The notes beneath the pieces were generated by a model. The model saw only the letters and a list, made by a program, of their open reading frames with translations. It was not told the origin of the DNA and searched no databases. 32,000 nt of DNA. It comes from Pseudomonas aeruginosa. GTDB taxonomy: Bacteria; Pseudomonadota; Gammaproteobacteria; Pseudomonadales; Pseudomonadaceae. Position 1 is the stretch's first letter; each line of letters begins with the position of its first letter. Shown here piece after piece: positions 29,279 to 32,000 of the stretch. The stretch covers positions 1,020,001-1,052,000 of the forward strand of contig NZ_LN831024.1 in NCBI RefSeq assembly GCF_001457615.1. The letters run 5' to 3'. The translations under genes were made by a program, and so were the position numbers.

Positions 29279-30013
29279 TCACAGCAGGGACAGGTCGGCG
29301 CCGTCGCTCCGCAACTGGTCGTAGGCCTGGTCCAGGCGGTCGCGCAGCGCTTCGGCGCCGGGAATGTGGCGCGAGACGATCATCCGCAGCGGCAGGCGGT
29401 ACAGTTCCTGGCTTGCCAACGCCTGGCGGCTGGCCGCTTCCACCGGCGCCTGGTAGTCGAGCAGGTAGTCGCCGCGCCCGAGTTCGAGCATGCGCAAGGC
29501 GGCGTGGTGGGTGCCGGTGCGGTACAGGCGCAGGTGCAGGTTGGGGTCCTGGATGAAGTCGGTGACCGGTTTCCAGTAGCTGTAGCCGCTGATCAGGATC
29601 AGCCGGCGTCCGGCCAGGTCCTGGGGAACCCGCGGTGCCGGCTGGTGCGCCGGGTAGTACAGGTTCAGGCTGACGTGGCCGAGCACGCGCCGCGCCTGGA
29701 GGGTGTCGGCGGCCAGCTCCGGCTTGGCCGCGCCGGCCCACAGCGCCACGCTGCCATCCTGCAGCCCCAGGTACAGGCGCGCGCTGGGCAGGGCGCGGAA
29801 CGCCGGACGATAGCCGGCCCGCTCCAGCAGCAGGCGGACCAGGCGGGCGCCGGAACCGGCGGCGTGGCCATCCCGGGCGGTATAGATGTAGGGGGGGAAT
29901 TCGTAGTAGCCGACGTTCAACGACGGCCTTGCGTCCTGCGCATGGAGCTGCGGGGCGGCCAGCAGGGCGAACGCCAGCAGCGCGAGCAGGGGCGTTGTGG
30001 TGCGTAGGGGCAT
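29279..30013 (-). CDS. Periplasmic solute-binding protein-like (SBP_bac_3 type)
   Basis: 244 aa, signal peptide MPLRTTTPLLALLAFALLAAPQLHAQ, then LNVGYYEFPPYIYTARDGHAAGSGARLVRLLLERAGYRPAFRALPSARLYLGLQDGSVALWAG. Confidence 0.82.
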   Translation of the reverse strand: MPLRTTTPLLALLAFALLAAPQLHAQDARPSLNVGYYEFPPYIYTARDGHAAGSGARLVRLLLERAGYRPAFRALPSARLYLGLQDGSVALWAGAAKPELAADTLQARRVLGHVSLNLYYPAHQPAPRVPQDLAGRRLILISGYSYWKPVTDFIQDPNLHLRLYRTGTHHAALRMLELGRGDYLLDYQAPVEAASRQALASQELYRLPLRMIVSRHIPGAEALRDRLDQAYDQLRSDGADLSLL

Positions 30014-30030
30014 GGTGTGCGGCCTTGCCG

Positions 30031-30042
30031 TTTTTTGTTGTT
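30031..30042 (-). promoter_or_regulatory. A-rich leader motif resembling Hfq/Crc catabolite-repression targets
   Basis: Minus strand AACAACAAAAAA ending 17 nt upstream of ATG 30013; fits AAnAAnAA-type Hfq distal-face motifs. Confidence 0.35.
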
Positions 30043-30102
30043 ATGAATGGGGGCGAAGCATGCGGCGCGCCGGGCCGCTTGTCCAGCCCGGCGCGCGCCC
30101 GG

Positions 30103-31188
30103 TCAATGGGGCAGCAGGAAGCGCGCGGCGAGCGGCAGGTGGTTGGAGATCTGCAGCGTATCGCTGCGCCGGACCCGGGCATCGAGACGGGTCAGCGAGG
30201 GGCTGTGGAACAGGTAGTCGAGGGTCCGATCCGGCCCCTGGACCCGTGGGTCGTTGGGGAAGTGCGTGTACCAGCGAACCTGGTCGACGCCACTGGCCTC
30301 TTCCAGCGACGGCACCATCGGGAAGCGCCCGCTCAGGATGGCCAGTTCGCTGTCTTCCCGGTAGGGCGCGCGCAGCGGCGCCAGCAGGTAGGGATACTGG
30401 CCGGGCGGCAGCAGGTTGAGGTCGCCGCCGAGCAGCCAGGGCGTGCGCCTGGCCTGCAGTTCGTCGAGCAGCGTACGGGTGGTCTCGACCTGGCGCTCGA
30501 GGGTGTCGTCGTTCGCCTGCGGGCGGTCGAAGCGGGCGTTGAGCACGGCCAGCTCGCCGCCGCCGTCGATCGGCAGGTGGCTGACCAGGATCGCCGGGCG
30601 CGGCCCGAACAGGCGGTCGAACAGCCCGCCATCGCGTGGCGGCAACTGGCGCCGCTCGGCGCTATCGATGCGATAGCGGCTCAGGGTGGCCTGCTTGCGG
30701 CCGACGCTGCCGAAGATGTGCGGCGTCGGCACGAAGGCCGACTTCCACTCGTAGGCCTGGGCGCTGCAATGGTAGAGATCGTTGATGCGCTCCTGGATCA
30801 GCGCCAGTTGGTCCTGATCGTCGGTGGCGCTGGAGCCGTCGTCGATCTCCTGGAGCAGGACCAGGTCCGGCTGCTCGTCGCGGATCACCCGGACCACCTC
30901 GTCGAGGGTGAACGCCAGGTCTTCGGCGGTGGGGCGCTGGTCCGGGCCGGTGGCATCCGGCAGGTCGTCCCAGAAGACGTAGCGCTTGCCGGCCAGGTAC
31001 TGGATGTTCCAGGTCATCACCTTCAGGGCCTGCCCCGGCTTCAGCGCCGGCGCGGCGCCCTGGCAATGCAGGGGCGCGGCTTCGCGATCGGCGGGTTGCC
31101 AGCTCAGCAGGTAGCTGGCGAGCAGGGCACCGCCGACCAGCAGGAGCAGGCCGACGAACAGCAGGTTGCGTAGACGGGGCAGTGACAT
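30103..31188 (-). CDS. Endonuclease/exonuclease/phosphatase family protein, membrane-anchored or exported
   Basis: From MSLPRLRNLLFVGLLLLVGGALLASYLLSW; VMTWNIQYLAG, PDLVLLQEIDDGS, ILVSHLPIDGGGELAVLNARFDRP, PWLLGGDLNLLPPG, RTLDYLFHSPSL, ISNHLPLAARFLLP. Confidence 0.88.
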   Translation of the reverse strand: MSLPRLRNLLFVGLLLLVGGALLASYLLSWQPADREAAPLHCQGAAPALKPGQALKVMTWNIQYLAGKRYVFWDDLPDATGPDQRPTAEDLAFTLDEVVRVIRDEQPDLVLLQEIDDGSSATDDQDQLALIQERINDLYHCSAQAYEWKSAFVPTPHIFGSVGRKQATLSRYRIDSAERRQLPPRDGGLFDRLFGPRPAILVSHLPIDGGGELAVLNARFDRPQANDDTLERQVETTRTLLDELQARRTPWLLGGDLNLLPPGQYPYLLAPLRAPYREDSELAILSGRFPMVPSLEEASGVDQVRWYTHFPNDPRVQGPDRTLDYLFHSPSLTRLDARVRRSDTLQISNHLPLAARFLLPH

Positions 31189-31303
31189 CGCAATCGAGAC
31201 TATGCTGGAAAGGACCAGAGCATAGAGCTTGCCGCCGCGCATTTCATCCTTGCAGGTCGAATTGACGCAAGGGTTCGCGTTTTTTCGAGCGGGAGGGTAC
31301 CGC

Positions 31304-32000
31304 ATGCCGCGCAAGGTATTCAGCAGCCAGGCCTACCGCCACAAGGTGGTGCTGGTCAGCGGCGGCTGTTCCGGCATCGGTCGCGCGCTGGCGCTGCGTT
31401 TCGCCCGGGCCGGTGCGCGACTGGCGATCCTCGACCTCGACCAGGCGGCGCTGGACAGTTTGGTCCAGCACCTGCGCGACCATCTCGGCGGCGAGGCGCT
31501 CGGCCTGCGCTGCGACGTCGCCGACGCCGATGCGGTGGAGCGTGCCGTGGCGCTGGCGGTGGAGCGCTTCGGCGGCATCGACGTGCTGGTCAACAACGCC
31601 GGCATCACCCACCGCGGTACCTTCGCCGAAACCGGCCTGGGGGTTTTCCGCAAGGTCATGGCGGTGAACTTCTTCGGCGCCGTGCATTGCACCCGCGCGG
31701 CGCTGCCGAGCCTGCTCGAACGGCGCGGGCAGATCGTCGTGCTCGGTTCGCTGACCGGTTTCGCCCCGTTGCTCTACCGCAGCGCCTACAACGCCAGCAA
31801 GCATGCCTTGCACGGTCTGTTCGACACCCTGCGGATGGAGCTGGAAGGCACCGGCGTCAGCGTGACCCTGGCCTGCCCGGGATTCACCGCTACCGACCTG
31901 CGCAAGAACGCGCTGGTCGGCGATGGCTCGGTGACTCGCCAGCCGGTGCAAGTGCTGGGCAGCCAGGTGGCATCGCCGGTGGAGGTCGCCGAGGCGATCT
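31304..32000 (+). CDS. Short-chain dehydrogenase/reductase, 5' part (gene continues beyond the right edge)
   Basis: MPRKVFSSQAYRHKVVLVSGGCSGIGRALALRFARAGARLAILDLD...GIDVLVNNAGITHRG...YNASKHALHGLFDTLR; SDR cofactor-binding motif and YxxxK. Open to the window edge, absent from the ORF track. Confidence 0.9.
   Translation, partial: MPRKVFSSQAYRHKVVLVSGGCSGIGRALALRFARAGARLAILDLDQAALDSLVQHLRDHLGGEALGLRCDVADADAVERAVALAVERFGGIDVLVNNAGITHRGTFAETGLGVFRKVMAVNFFGAVHCTRAALPSLLERRGQIVVLGSLTGFAPLLYRSAYNASKHALHGLFDTLRMELEGTGVSVTLACPGFTATDLRKNALVGDGSVTRQPVQVLGSQVASPVEVAEAI

Noticed and set aside
29256-30182. 5' extension of the 444-aa minus ORF
   Set aside because: Overlaps the solute-binding protein gene out of frame; only the segment after MHTAIPCC looks like a real protein.
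29929-31173. 414-aa + ORF opposite the EEP-family gene
   Set aside because: Antisense shadow; the minus frame has conserved EEP catalytic motifs.

Overview
The window looks like ordinary, gene-dense, high-GC core chromosome from Pseudomonas, most likely P. aeruginosa by gene order and protein sequence. I see no mobile element, CRISPR array, tRNA/rRNA or defence island. Left to right: leuS (-, cut by the edge), zinc-ribbon protein (+), YdcF/ElyC-like DUF218 protein (+), lnt-corC-ybeY-ybeZ(phoH-like) and miaB (all -), DUF1820 protein (+), Sel1-repeat exported protein (-), a thiD-thiE-hemL cluster (-), full-length ladS hybrid sensor kinase (+), TetR regulator / AidB-like acyl-CoA dehydrogenase / hotdog thioesterase cluster (+), amn (+), SEC-C protein (+), MBL-fold lipoprotein (-), rluE-like pseudouridine synthase (+), globin-like protein (-), DUF2788 protein (-), Lrp/AsnC regulator (-), a DUF6515-like exported protein (+), fieF/yiiP cation efflux (-), lipoprotein (-), hrpB helicase (+), small hypothetical (-), periplasmic solute-binding-like protein (-), endonuclease/exonuclease/phosphatase-fold protein (-), and an SDR dehydrogenase (+, cut by the edge). 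I found no convincing novel multi-gene system. The leads most worth a second look are: a perfect 14-bp palindrome (plus a third half-site) at the start of the TetR gene; an orphan intrinsic terminator in the Lrp/DUF6515 divergent region that could end an unannotated sRNA or an attenuated leader; an A-rich Hfq/Crc-like motif before the solute-binding protein; and several perfect intergenic palindromes. Many long ORFs in the supplied track are high-GC shadow ORFs and were rejected.
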